Of a DNA stretch of 32,611 nucleotides, positions 15,043 through 23,673 are shown piece by piece. The stretch's first letter is position 1; each line of letters begins with the position of its first letter. Below the pieces are notes generated by a model. It worked only from the letters and a program-made list of their open reading frames with translations, was not told where the DNA came from and ran no database searches. This DNA comes from a virus (Duplodnaviria; Caudoviricetes), in the IMG/VR virus record IMGVR_UViG_3300008255_000314, positions 1 through 32,611 of that record. The stretch is one strand, 5' to 3'. Position numbers and translations under genes: made by a program.

Positions 15043-15177
15043 TCAAATTGGGTACACTGGATCAATCTTCTTGATGCGTTTCTGTACCTTTTTCTTGCCC
15101 GGCTTCACGCGCTGGCGGAAGACAGGATCAGAGAGCGTCTTGGCAATGCCGTTCTTGTACTTTTTGGGTTTTTTCAT
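15043..15177 (-). CDS. ArfA-like (alternative ribosome-rescue factor A-like) basic peptide, 44 aa, not in ORF track
   Basis: MKKPKKYKNGIAKTLSDPVFRQRVKPGKKKVQKRIKKIDPVYPI*. The core NxIxxxLxDPxFRQRV matches ArfA. ATGA overlap with the upstream gene. Confidence 0.7.
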   Translation of the reverse strand: MKKPKKYKNGIAKTLSDPVFRQRVKPGKKKVQKRIKKIDPVYPI

Positions 15178-15383
15178 TTCTGCCTTTCCCGCGCAATCTG
15201 CATTGCACGTTCGAGGATCAGATCAGCGATGCTGACCTCGATGACCTCCATGCGACGCACCGGCATCATGGCGATGACGTTGCCCATGTCTTCTGCCAGC
15301 TCAGGCGGGCAGCGCTCGATCAGGAACGTCGGCTCACCCTGCGGAGATGTCTTGATGTATCCGTTTTCGATAGCGTTTAGCAT
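15174..15383 (-). CDS. hypothetical protein
   Basis: MLNAIENGY start with GGAGG RBS; 69 aa. Confidence 0.7.
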   Translation of the reverse strand: MLNAIENGYIKTSPQGEPTFLIERCPPELAEDMGNVIAMMPVRRMEVIEVSIADLILERAMQIARERQK

Positions 15384-15384
15384 G

Positions 15385-15726
15385 TCAAACCTCCAAGTCT
15401 TCTTCGACCGGCGCATTAACGCCGATGTCGATGCCGTTCGTGGTGCGCTTGTAGTTCAGCGGTGCGCCGAGAGCGATTGCATCGACGATGGCGTCCTCGA
15501 TCAGGCCGCGGTTGTCTGCACTGACTTCGCCTGACACATTTGAGAGCAGGGCGATAACGCCGATGTAATGCAAGTACAGGGTGTTCATGGTATCGACAGC
15601 GGCACTGTGAGACTTTAGCATGTCGTCACGCTGTCCGACGTCGTTGCCGTGAGCTTCGATATTCCAGAGAGCGTGCTGTTTGAGAAACTCGATGTGGTCT
15701 TTTGGTGTTGTGATGCCTTCGATCAT
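15385..15726 (-). CDS. hypothetical protein
   Basis: 113 aa; ATGA overlap in a packed operon. Confidence 0.7.
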   Translation of the reverse strand: MIEGITTPKDHIEFLKQHALWNIEAHGNDVGQRDDMLKSHSAAVDTMNTLYLHYIGVIALLSNVSGEVSADNRGLIEDAIVDAIALGAPLNYKRTTNGIDIGVNAPVEEDLEV

Positions 15727-15941
15727 TGTTTGCTTTCCTTTTCTATGCGTTGAAGTGTGCGGATAATAGCAGGGATGTCAGTGACTTTACAGCTGATCCG
15801 CGATCTGTCGTAGTCATCGCTGTAAGGGCTTCTGATCTCGAAGCCTTGCTTGTCCTCGTCAAGAACGAACTCGGCCACAATTTCCTGACGGATGACATCG
15901 CGCTCGACAGTCATGGCGAACGGGGGCTGTTTTTTTGCCAT
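15723..15941 (-). CDS. hypothetical protein
   Basis: MAKKQPPFAM start with GGGG RBS; 72 aa. Confidence 0.65.
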   Translation of the reverse strand: MAKKQPPFAMTVERDVIRQEIVAEFVLDEDKQGFEIRSPYSDDYDRSRISCKVTDIPAIIRTLQRIEKESKQ

Positions 15942-15943
15942 GG

Positions 15944-16144
15944 TTATCCCCCGTTCGTCCGACCGTTCCAAGCCTGCTCGGACGATCTATATTCGACGAT
16001 GTCGACCTTGGCCGCAGCCTGATCCCTGATCTCGTTTAGGGATTTAATCAGGTCGATGGCCTCCTGCGCCGTGTAGACCAGCTGCTCGTCAGGGGCGCTC
16101 GATGCTGCGGCGTCCAGAGCCGCCTTGTAAATCTCGTCTGTCAT
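15944..16144 (-). CDS. hypothetical acidic protein
   Basis: 66 aa; AAGGA RBS after the terminator. Confidence 0.65.
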   Translation of the reverse strand: MTDEIYKAALDAAASSAPDEQLVYTAQEAIDLIKSLNEIRDQAAAKVDIVEYRSSEQAWNGRTNGG

Positions 16145-16168
16145 GTCTGTAATCCTTGATTATGGTTG

Positions 16169-16211
16169 AAAAAAGGCGGGGAGCCGGGTGGTACAGGCCC
16201 GGCCCCCCTGC
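16169..16211 (-). terminator. intrinsic terminator after the first early gene
   Basis: Minus strand GGGGGGCCGGG-cctgtacca-CCCGGCTCCCC-gcc-TTTTTT. Confidence 0.75.
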
Positions 16212-16215
16212 GCGT

Positions 16216-17070
16216 TTACTGTTTCAGCTCGGCCATTTTCTCGGCCATCTGCCACAGGGCGCGGTTCAGTTTCGTATCGGCGTCCACAGAGTTCACACCA
16301 CGCAGGCGGCGGCGCTGCCCGTTGGCATTGCGGCCTGACACGCCACCACGAACGAGGTTCTCTTGGATCGTGTTCATGGTGCGCCACAGGTCACGGCGAC
16401 CGTTTACGCCGTCATCCTGATACCGGCGGGCCGACAACAGGTTCTCAGGGGAGACGTCCAGCGTCGTTCCACGCACTTCCAGCGCGGCCTCAGCCATGAT
16501 CTCCTGCTCTTTGGTGTCCAGCGTCAGCCTTTTCCAGTCCTCGATCTGTGCGATGTGCTTAGGGGCATCCTCGATGATCTGGTAGGAACCCTCGATCACC
16601 TGACTGACGATGTCCTCCCGACCGGAGTGGCGCACCTTGATGTCCTGCGTCATGCCGGAAGACACCATCAGGCCGTTCAGGCAGGCCAGACGGAAGATGC
16701 CGAGGCTGATCTGGTAGGACGAGCCGCCGTCATGCGAGTTCAGAAGCACGATCTCCGGCACTTCGGGAGCCGCGGCCAGATCGGTGTTTTGCTGGCGGAA
16801 CTCTTGAAGCGCGTGGTGCGCATCAGCATGACGGAAGCGCAGGATGTGCTTGGTGAAGTCCTGCTTCCCTTCGATACGGGTGCGGGATTGCTTGGCCGAT
16901 ACAGGCTGAAAACCGTTATCAATCAAGCCTTTAACCACGTCGATCGTCGGGATAAAGCGGTAGTTATCGGACATCCGTTCCCACGGCTCCTGTGCGAATA
17001 CGGAAGGGGCTACACGTTGGATGTCTTCGAGGGACAGGATGCGGTCGCGTGCATTTGCGAATGAGCGCAT
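16216..17070 (-). CDS. DUF932/DUF945 family protein (plasmid leading-region type)
   Basis: APSVFA..SDNYRFIPT, FTKHILRFR, IVLLNSHDGGSSYQ..GIFRLACLNGL, DLWRTMNTIQENL and LNRALWQMAE. Confidence 0.92.
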   Translation of the reverse strand: MRSFANARDRILSLEDIQRVAPSVFAQEPWERMSDNYRFIPTIDVVKGLIDNGFQPVSAKQSRTRIEGKQDFTKHILRFRHADAHHALQEFRQQNTDLAAAPEVPEIVLLNSHDGGSSYQISLGIFRLACLNGLMVSSGMTQDIKVRHSGREDIVSQVIEGSYQIIEDAPKHIAQIEDWKRLTLDTKEQEIMAEAALEVRGTTLDVSPENLLSARRYQDDGVNGRRDLWRTMNTIQENLVRGGVSGRNANGQRRRLRGVNSVDADTKLNRALWQMAEKMAELKQ

Positions 17071-17099
17071 TTTGGTTCTCCTTTTGAGGTTACGTTATG

Positions 17100-17113
17100 G
17101 TTTCATGTGAAAC
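17100..17113. promoter_or_regulatory. parS-like palindrome
   Basis: GTTTCATGTGAAAC, a 13/14 match to the chromosomal parS core GTTTCACGTGAAAC. Confidence 0.65.
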
Positions 17114-17129
17114 AATTATTGAAAACAAC

Positions 17130-17138
17130 TGATCCACA
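17130..17138 (+). promoter_or_regulatory. DnaA-box-like site (Caulobacter G-box type)
   Basis: TGATCCACA, one mismatch from TTATCCACA; overlaps the predicted +1 of the early promoter. Confidence 0.4.
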
Positions 17139-17144
17139 ACTCTG

Positions 17145-17185
17145 ATCTTATAGGTACGTTGTCCCTATTACAAGAAAAAAAAGCA
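17145..17185 (-). promoter_or_regulatory. strong sigma70-type early promoter with UP element
   Basis: Minus strand: T tract, TTGTAA (17173-17168), 17-nt spacer, TAAGAT (17150-17145), upstream of DUF932. Confidence 0.7.
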
Positions 17186-17237
17186 TCAAAATCAAATATT
17201 TTGGTGGTATTGGTAGAAAATGAACAAAAACAATCAC

Positions 17238-17266
17238 TTGCACGACGTCTTTTTTTTGGTCATCTT
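17238..17266 (+). promoter_or_regulatory. putative promoter of the packaging/structural operon
   Basis: TTGCAC (17238-17243), 17-nt spacer, CATCTT (17261-17266); A-rich upstream. Confidence 0.5.
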
Positions 17267-17400
17267 GGAACTCAAGGCGCCGAGGGGAAACGGGCTTTTG
17301 CTATCCTTGGTACAGTTAGTGGAAAACCCCTCTCGGCGCCGCCTGATTATCCAAGGGATCGGGCTGTAATGGCTCGGAACCCGTAACAACGGAGAGCGCC

Positions 17401-17724
17401 ATGACGAAGAAGAAACCCACCGAATATTACTCAGCCAAGGTCAAAGAGCAGATCGAAGCCCTCGGTCTGATGTTCGACGAACCGGCATACAAGCGCACCG
17501 TCGCATTGTTTCAAGAGCTGAAAATCACACAAAAGCAGCACGACGCCCTGATCCTCTTGCACGCGCAGGAAGGGGCCAGCCTCTTCAATCCGACAGAGTT
17601 CCCGATCCGCGCACGCATTTTTCTCGCCCTGCACTTCCTCGGCGTCGTAGCCTTGATCGTGAAGGTCGGATCGTTCTTCAAACGCATCGGTCGGCGCATC
17701 AAACGCGCATGGCTTGGCGCATAA
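17401..17724 (+). CDS. hypothetical protein with a C-terminal TM segment
   Basis: 107 aa, GGAG RBS, IFLALHFLGVVALIVKVGSFF followed by a basic tail. Confidence 0.7.
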   Translation: MTKKKPTEYYSAKVKEQIEALGLMFDEPAYKRTVALFQELKITQKQHDALILLHAQEGASLFNPTEFPIRARIFLALHFLGVVALIVKVGSFFKRIGRRIKRAWLGA

Positions 17725-18247
17725 CAAAAACACAAGGAAATCAACGGTGGACGCTCAACAAAATTTCCCGACGCTTCAATGGCTTGAAAAAACGGTGCAT
17801 CTGGCCGAGGTCAGCCCGTTCGAGAAGAACCCGCGCAAGATCACAGACGAGCAGTTCATGAAGCTGAAAGCGTCGCTGATCCGGCTCGGACAGTTCCGTC
17901 CCTTGCTTGTGACGCATGACCTGAAACTCGCTGGCGGGCATCAACGATTGAAGGCGATGCGCGAGCTTGGCTGGACAGAGTGCCGCATCTCCGTGCCGGA
18001 GCGACCGATTACCGACGACGAATACCGGCAGCTTCTTTTGCAGGACAACCACGAGAACGGCGTGTGGGATATGGACGCGCTGGCAAACGATTGGGACTTG
18101 GAAGAGCTGCGGGCTGTCGGCCTGCACGAAGTGATGAACATCCCGCCGATGGACAAGCTCGGCGAGGAAGAGACGCCCGGCAAGAACCAAGTGTGCTGCC
18201 CCGGTTGCGGCGAGGTCTTTCCAGTAAAGGGGAACAGGGCGCAATGA
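17714..18247 (+). CDS. ParB/Srx N-terminal-domain protein with a C-terminal Zn knuckle
   Basis: NPRKI, LKASL..LGQFRPLLV, GGHQRLKA, and CCPGCGEVF. Alternative start GTG at 17747. Confidence 0.88.
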   Translation: MAHNKNTRKSTVDAQQNFPTLQWLEKTVHLAEVSPFEKNPRKITDEQFMKLKASLIRLGQFRPLLVTHDLKLAGGHQRLKAMRELGWTECRISVPERPITDDEYRQLLLQDNHENGVWDMDALANDWDLEELRAVGLHEVMNIPPMDKLGEEETPGKNQVCCPGCGEVFPVKGNRAQ

Positions 18248-18369
18248 GAAAAGAGTTCAACATGCGATCCGCAGCGATCTGGATTATCCAGTGGGGTAGT
18301 GTAATTACCCATGCAGACGGCTTCGTGCGTCACAACTTCCCCTATGTTTTGCGCGAGGTCGGACAATGA
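18244..18369 (+). CDS. small hypothetical protein (41 aa)
   Basis: MRKEFNMRSAAIWIIQW...; ATGA overlaps on both ends. Confidence 0.5.
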   Translation: MRKEFNMRSAAIWIIQWGSVITHADGFVRHNFPYVLREVGQ

Positions 18370-18548
18370 CCCCGATCCGTATAGAGTTTCCGCCGCACGC
18401 GATGATGGTCATGACACAGACCGGCGCTTGTTTTATACCCCCTGAGCCTGTGACGGCAGCTGAGATCGTCGAAAGGGAGAGACATGGACGACAACAACGT
18501 GATCCCGTTTTGCCCGCCGAAGCTGTGCGAGAAGGTGAAAAAGATTGA
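18366..18548 (+). CDS. small hypothetical protein
   Basis: 60 aa; ATGA overlap and GAGGT RBS. Confidence 0.45.
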   Translation: MTPIRIEFPPHAMMVMTQTGACFIPPEPVTAAEIVERERHGRQQRDPVLPAEAVREGEKD

Positions 18549-18702
18549 TAAGTTGGGGCCGAGGGACGTCGAGTTCATCGGTTTCATTACACACGACGAT
18601 CAGGACTATTACATCGAAGACCAGCGCGACATCGCAAGGGTGTTCGCGTTCCTCGTAAAAGAGGGCATCAAGCTAAGAAAGGAGCAAATAGCCGATGACT
18701 GA
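18484..18702 (+). CDS. hypothetical protein
   Basis: MDDNNVIPF start with GGGAG RBS; 72 aa. Confidence 0.65.
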   Translation: MDDNNVIPFCPPKLCEKVKKIDKLGPRDVEFIGFITHDDQDYYIEDQRDIARVFAFLVKEGIKLRKEQIADD

Positions 18703-19138
18703 CGACAAAAAGCAAGACCCGACTGAACGGCTGATCGGCTCCCGCTTTGGTGAAGATGGTGGCGCCGACGCACGCGAAGCGCAGGCAAAGAGCCGTCAGA
18801 AGATGATCGAGAACGCATCCGTGCGTCGCATGGTCAATCGCATCGCATCGCACGAGTTCGACTTCGCCCCTGACGCAAAAGCCATACCTGACCAGATCAA
18901 GGACGTCTTTGGCCGCAAGCTGACAGGCGCACAGATGCTCGCCGCTACACGCTTCGCGCAGGCCATGAAGAACCCGACAGCCATGCAACAGATTGTCGAG
19001 GACATCGACGGCAAGCTGATCGAGAAGAAGGTCGAAGCCAAGGTCGGCTATGCTGAACTTGTCGCCGGATCGCTAGAGCGAGAACGCGAGGAACAGGGGG
19101 CGACGCTTGTCACAGGCAGCGACCAAGAAGAGAGCTGA
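18695..19138 (+). CDS. probable terminase small subunit
   Basis: 147 aa, helical, immediately upstream of and overlapping TerL; AAGGAG RBS. Confidence 0.65.
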   Translation: MTDDKKQDPTERLIGSRFGEDGGADAREAQAKSRQKMIENASVRRMVNRIASHEFDFAPDAKAIPDQIKDVFGRKLTGAQMLAATRFAQAMKNPTAMQQIVEDIDGKLIEKKVEAKVGYAELVAGSLEREREEQGATLVTGSDQEES

Positions 19139-20621
19139 GGATAATCTGATCCGTTGGCGGCAAGACCCTGTCCAGTTCGTTCGCGAAGAGTTCAAGGTCG
19201 AGCCGGACAAGTGGCAGAAGCGCTGCCTGCGTAACTACGCCAACGGCGAGAAATCCAAAGGACGGCGATCAGGCGCCAAGGCCTGCAAAGGGCCGGGCAA
19301 GACCGCTGCGCTGGCATGGATCGCGTGGCACTTCCTTGTGTGCTATCCTTTCCCGAAGATCGCAGCGACATCAATTACCGCGGGCAACTTGCGCGACGGC
19401 CTGTGGGCTGAGATGGCCAAGTGGCAGAAAAAGTCCGACATCTGCAACCAGATGTACACATGGACAATCACGCGCATCTTCCACAACGATTATCCCGAAG
19501 AGTGGTTTATGACCGCCCGCGCATGGTCGAAGAGCGCAAGCCCTGAGCAACAGGCGAACACGCTGGCTGGTCTGCACGCTGATTACATCATGTTCATGAT
19601 CGACGAGTGCGGCGGTATCCCCGACGCTGTTATGGCCGCAGCCGAGGCAGCTCTTGCCAACGCAGGAACCGAGGTCAACCCGCACGCTATCGCAAAGATC
19701 GTCATCATGGGCAACCCGACGCACCTGTCAGGGCCGCTTTACCGCGCGTGTACCAAAGAGAAGAGCCTGTGGGACATGATCGAGATCACCGGCGATCCAG
19801 ACGATCCAGAGCGCAGCCCGCGCATCTCGAAGCAATGGGCGAACGAGCAGATCAAGAAATACGGGCGAGACAACGCGTGGGTATTGGTCAACGTCTTCGG
19901 CAAGTTCCCGCCCGCATCCATGAACGCCCTGATCGGGCCCGACGACATGGAAGCGGCCATGAACAGAGTGATCGACGTCTCCGCATACGAACACGCCCCG
20001 AAAATCCTCGGTGTCGACGTCGCGCGGCAGGGGGACGACAGGACGGTCATCTTCCCGCGGCAAGGCCTCGTCGCCTTCAAGCCGCGCATCCTGCGTATCC
20101 CCGACAGCGTGCAGATTGCCGGTCAGGTGGCCAACGCCATCAAGAAATGGAACCCCGACGCCGTCAACGTGGACAACACCGGCGGATGGGGATCGGGCGT
20201 TATCGACAGCCTTCGGACGTGGGGGTATGCCGTCAACGACGTCCAGTTTGCCGGAAAAGCCAACGATTACGTGTACTTCAACAAGCGGGCAGAGATGAAC
20301 ATGGAAGCCGCGCATTGGGTGAAGAACGGCGGATGCCTGCCCCGCATCGACGAGCTGACCGAGGAAGCTGTGGCGATCACGTACTTCCACAACAAGGATA
20401 AATTGCAGATCGTCGAGAAGGATCAGATCAAGGCAGAACTTGGCCGATCCCCTGACCTTTGGGACGGCCTTGGCCTGACGTTTGCCTTCCCTGTCGCCAA
20501 GCGCAACCCGTATGACGCCGTGCATGGGACGTCGTCGAACGGCTCTGATTATGTCCCCCTGCCCGGCATGGGCAATAACGGTGGCGGAAAAACGGTGGAC
20601 GAATACAACCCTCTCGACTAA
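19107..20621 (+). CDS. terL: terminase large subunit
   Basis: Walker A ACKGPGKT, Walker B FMIDECGG, GNPT coupling motif; nuclease motifs ILGVDVARQGDD and SPDLWD. Confidence 0.95.
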   Translation: MSQAATKKRAEDNLIRWRQDPVQFVREEFKVEPDKWQKRCLRNYANGEKSKGRRSGAKACKGPGKTAALAWIAWHFLVCYPFPKIAATSITAGNLRDGLWAEMAKWQKKSDICNQMYTWTITRIFHNDYPEEWFMTARAWSKSASPEQQANTLAGLHADYIMFMIDECGGIPDAVMAAAEAALANAGTEVNPHAIAKIVIMGNPTHLSGPLYRACTKEKSLWDMIEITGDPDDPERSPRISKQWANEQIKKYGRDNAWVLVNVFGKFPPASMNALIGPDDMEAAMNRVIDVSAYEHAPKILGVDVARQGDDRTVIFPRQGLVAFKPRILRIPDSVQIAGQVANAIKKWNPDAVNVDNTGGWGSGVIDSLRTWGYAVNDVQFAGKANDYVYFNKRAEMNMEAAHWVKNGGCLPRIDELTEEAVAITYFHNKDKLQIVEKDQIKAELGRSPDLWDGLGLTFAFPVAKRNPYDAVHGTSSNGSDYVPLPGMGNNGGGKTVDEYNPLD

Positions 20622-20674
20622 GATGGTGAAGCCAAGGATACGACAAGCCCCTGAATTTATCAGGAGATGTCCCT

Positions 20675-20902
20675 ATGTGCGGCTCTGTTTTTTCTAGCCC
20701 CAAAGCCCCCCCTCCGGTTCAAATCCCTACCGCTGAACCGCCTCCCGCTGTTGTAGACACCGGCGCATCTCAGGCTGTAAACGCAGCGCGTGATGCGCGT
20801 CGTCGTCGTCTTCAAACGGACGAAGCCTCGACGCTGGCAACCGGCGGGCAAGGCCTGACCGACCAGCCTATGACCACAAATAAGCAGTTCTTCGGCCAGT
20901 AA
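20675..20902 (+). CDS. small virion protein preceding the portal (T7 gp7.3-like position)
   Basis: MCG..SSPKAPPP...RRRR..STLATGGQG...FFGQ, typical of podoviral pre-portal proteins. Confidence 0.75.
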   Translation: MCGSVFSSPKAPPPVQIPTAEPPPAVVDTGASQAVNAARDARRRRLQTDEASTLATGGQGLTDQPMTTNKQFFGQ

Positions 20903-20915
20903 GGGAACAACCTTC

Positions 20916-22637
20916 ATGGCCTTGAACGGCAAAACCATGCAGCGGTGGCAGCTGTATAAGTCCGAGAATGTAGCCCTGACCAACGAGTTCACGGCTTACG
21001 AAAGCATTTTCAAGGACATCAGAGATTATCTCGCCCCGCGCACCGCGCGGTTCAACGGCGATCTGGTCAATGACCCGCGCCGTCAGGATGGCAAGATCAT
21101 CAACAGCCAGCCGCGCTTTGCCGTTCGCACCCTTGCATCCGGTATGCAATCAGGCGTCACATCGCCCATGCGTCCGTGGTTCAAGCTCGGCACGCCCGAT
21201 CCAGACCTTCAAAAGTTCCAGCCTGTCAAGGAATGGCTATACATCGTCGAGATGCTGATCCGCGAAGTGCTTGGCCGATCCAACGTGTATGACCGTCTCA
21301 AATCCCTGTACGGCACGACCGGAACCTATGGCACCGGCGCGTTCTTCGTTGATGAAGACGACGACGACATCATGCGGGCATACGACTTTCCGATTGGCAC
21401 GTTCCGCATGGCGACCAGCCACTCGAACCGATGCACCAAGCTATTCCGCGATGTCAGCTTTACGACGTTGCAGATGGTGGAAAAGTTCGGCGACAAAGTC
21501 CCCGACATATGCAAGCGCATGTACGATAACGGCAATTACTACGACCGATACCCTGTCGTTCACATCGTCGAGCCAAACGCTCAGTACATCGAAGGCTCTG
21601 CCCTGTCGGCGCGTAAGAAGTTCGCGTCTGTCTGGTTTGATCCGACGCAGACGGAAGACGCCTCGATCCTGAAATACAGCGGATATGATTACAACCCGAT
21701 GATGGGCGTCCGATGGGACTTGCTCGGCGAAGACACCTACGGCATCGGCTGTGGCGAGCTGTCCCTTGGCGACAACAAACAAATTCAGCTGATGGAAAAG
21801 CGCAAGCTGCAAGGCATCGACAAGAACGTCAACCCCGCTATGGTGGCCGACGCTTCCTTGCGTAACCAGCGCACGTCCATCCTGCCGGGCGACACGACCT
21901 ATGTGAACGGCCTGATCGCCACCGGCAACCAAGGTTATCGCCCTGCATATCAGGTCAATCCGTACATCAACGAGCTGCGCGAAGAGATCGGCAACGTCGC
22001 CGCGCGTATCGACGAGGCCTTCTACAAGAACCTTTTTATGACCGTCATCGAGCTTGGCGATCAGCCGAACATCACAGCGACGCAGATCAACGCCCTGCGC
22101 GAAGAAAAGCTCCTGATGCTCGGCCCTGTCCTTGAACGACTGAACGACGAATTGCTCGATCCGATGATCGACGCAATCTTTTTTATGCTGCAATCGCGCG
22201 GCATGTTGCCACCGGCGCCGAAAGAAATCCAAGGCTCGCCGCTGCGCGTGGAATACATCTCGGTTCTGGCGCAGGCACAGAAGGCAATGGGCATCGGCAA
22301 TATCGAGCGCTACATCGGCTTCGTGATGAACATCAGCGCGATTGATCCGCAGGCACGCTTCAAGCTGAACGCTCTGGAAGCCGTCGACGCATACGCTGAC
22401 GCCGTCGCCGTACCTCCGAAGCTGGTCAACTCGAACGAGATGGTCGCAGACATGGCGTCAAACGAGAAGCAACAACAACAGATGGCACAGATGGCCGCGA
22501 TGGCGCCGGGGCTTGCTGGCGCAGCGAAAGACGTCGCCGAGGCTGGCAATGTCGCCGCGCAGACCGGCGGGATGTCGCCTGAACAAATCCAACAGGTTAT
22601 GTCCGCGATGGGAGCTGATACGGGAGCGACGCCTTGA
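20916..22637 (+). CDS. portal (head-tail connector) protein
   Basis: LASGMQSGVTSPMRPWFKL, TATQINALREEKLLMLGPVLERL and LRVEYISVLAQAQK. Confidence 0.95.
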   Translation: MALNGKTMQRWQLYKSENVALTNEFTAYESIFKDIRDYLAPRTARFNGDLVNDPRRQDGKIINSQPRFAVRTLASGMQSGVTSPMRPWFKLGTPDPDLQKFQPVKEWLYIVEMLIREVLGRSNVYDRLKSLYGTTGTYGTGAFFVDEDDDDIMRAYDFPIGTFRMATSHSNRCTKLFRDVSFTTLQMVEKFGDKVPDICKRMYDNGNYYDRYPVVHIVEPNAQYIEGSALSARKKFASVWFDPTQTEDASILKYSGYDYNPMMGVRWDLLGEDTYGIGCGELSLGDNKQIQLMEKRKLQGIDKNVNPAMVADASLRNQRTSILPGDTTYVNGLIATGNQGYRPAYQVNPYINELREEIGNVAARIDEAFYKNLFMTVIELGDQPNITATQINALREEKLLMLGPVLERLNDELLDPMIDAIFFMLQSRGMLPPAPKEIQGSPLRVEYISVLAQAQKAMGIGNIERYIGFVMNISAIDPQARFKLNALEAVDAYADAVAVPPKLVNSNEMVADMASNEKQQQQMAQMAAMAPGLAGAAKDVAEAGNVAAQTGGMSPEQIQQVMSAMGADTGATP

Positions 22638-23014
22638 GCGATTTTGAAGAAGAGATCAGCGGCATAAAGCATGACGAGCCGCCCTTTCGTGACCGCGACT
22701 TGGAAGCGATGAAGTATGCGCTGGCGTCCAGATCAGGGCGCCGTCTGGTCTATTCTCTCCTCGGAGTGTGCCACTTTGGCCGGTCTGCCTTTGGCGGCAC
22801 AAACGAGGTCACGAACTTCCTGACAGGCAAGCAATCTGTCGGGGAATACATCATGGGGCTTTTGAACATGACCAGTCCAGAAGCCTTTTCTCTCATGGTC
22901 AAAGAAGCAAAAGAGGACGAAGACAATGACCGACGCACAAACGACGACGACACCGGCAGCAACAGCGACGCCGCCTTCGCAAGGCCAGACACCGGCGGCA
23001 ACCAGCCAAGTTGA
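22634..23014 (+). CDS. Bbp19-like head-module protein
   Basis: SGRRLVYSLLGVCHFGRSAF..TNFLTGKQSVG, located between portal and scaffold. Confidence 0.75.
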   Translation: MSDFEEEISGIKHDEPPFRDRDLEAMKYALASRSGRRLVYSLLGVCHFGRSAFGGTNEVTNFLTGKQSVGEYIMGLLNMTSPEAFSLMVKEAKEDEDNDRRTNDDDTGSNSDAAFARPDTGGNQPS

Positions 23015-23672
23015 TCCCAATGCGGCTGTTCAAGCGCCGCCCGCCGCAACGCCTCCCGGTGCCGACGCGCCGAAAGCAGGAGATAAAGCAGCCGATCCAG
23101 CGCAGTTGCTCTTTGAAGAGCCGCCCGCAGAAGGTGACGGCGCCGATCCTAAAGACGGCGAAGAACCCCCCAAGGACGGCGAGGAAGGCGAAGCTGTCGA
23201 GGTAAAACTCGAAGAGCTGACCGTTCCCGAAGATATGCCGATCCCCGACGAGCTGAAAGGCCCGCTGTCGGAATACATCAAGGATCACAAGCTGGACAAG
23301 GACGGCGCTCAAAAATTGACCGACCTTGGTGTAAAAATGCAACAGCATAACCTCGATGTCTGGACAAAGACGAAGAGCGACTGGCGCAAAGAGGTCGAGG
23401 CTGACCCGGTTCTCGGCGGCACAAACCTCAAGGTGACGGTGGCAAAAGCCAACGATGTCATCCGCAAGTTCGCGGGCAGCGAGGAAAATCTGGCCGAACT
23501 CAAGCAAGACCTCGTCCTGCTCGGCCTTGGTAATAAACGCTCGTTCGTTCGCTTCCTGAACAACATCGCACAAGCGACAGGAAACGACACAGCTGGCGGC
23601 TCTTCTGGCGGTTCAGCGCAGCAAGCCGGTGCCGATGCGATGGCGAAACGGATGTACCCGAATATGGCATAA
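22926..23672 (+). CDS. capsid scaffolding protein
   Basis: P/A/E-rich disordered N-terminus, helical core, C-terminal AKRMYPNM; sits before the major capsid gene. Confidence 0.85.
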   Translation: MTDAQTTTTPAATATPPSQGQTPAATSQVDPNAAVQAPPAATPPGADAPKAGDKAADPAQLLFEEPPAEGDGADPKDGEEPPKDGEEGEAVEVKLEELTVPEDMPIPDELKGPLSEYIKDHKLDKDGAQKLTDLGVKMQQHNLDVWTKTKSDWRKEVEADPVLGGTNLKVTVAKANDVIRKFAGSEENLAELKQDLVLLGLGNKRSFVRFLNNIAQATGNDTAGGSSGGSAQQAGADAMAKRMYPNMA

Positions 23673-23673
23673 A

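Noticed and set aside
17714-18247. Self-contained phage ParABS partition system
   Set aside because: The protein has only the ParB/Srx N-terminal domain and a Zn knuckle, with no HTH and no ParA. Such genes commonly precede terminases.
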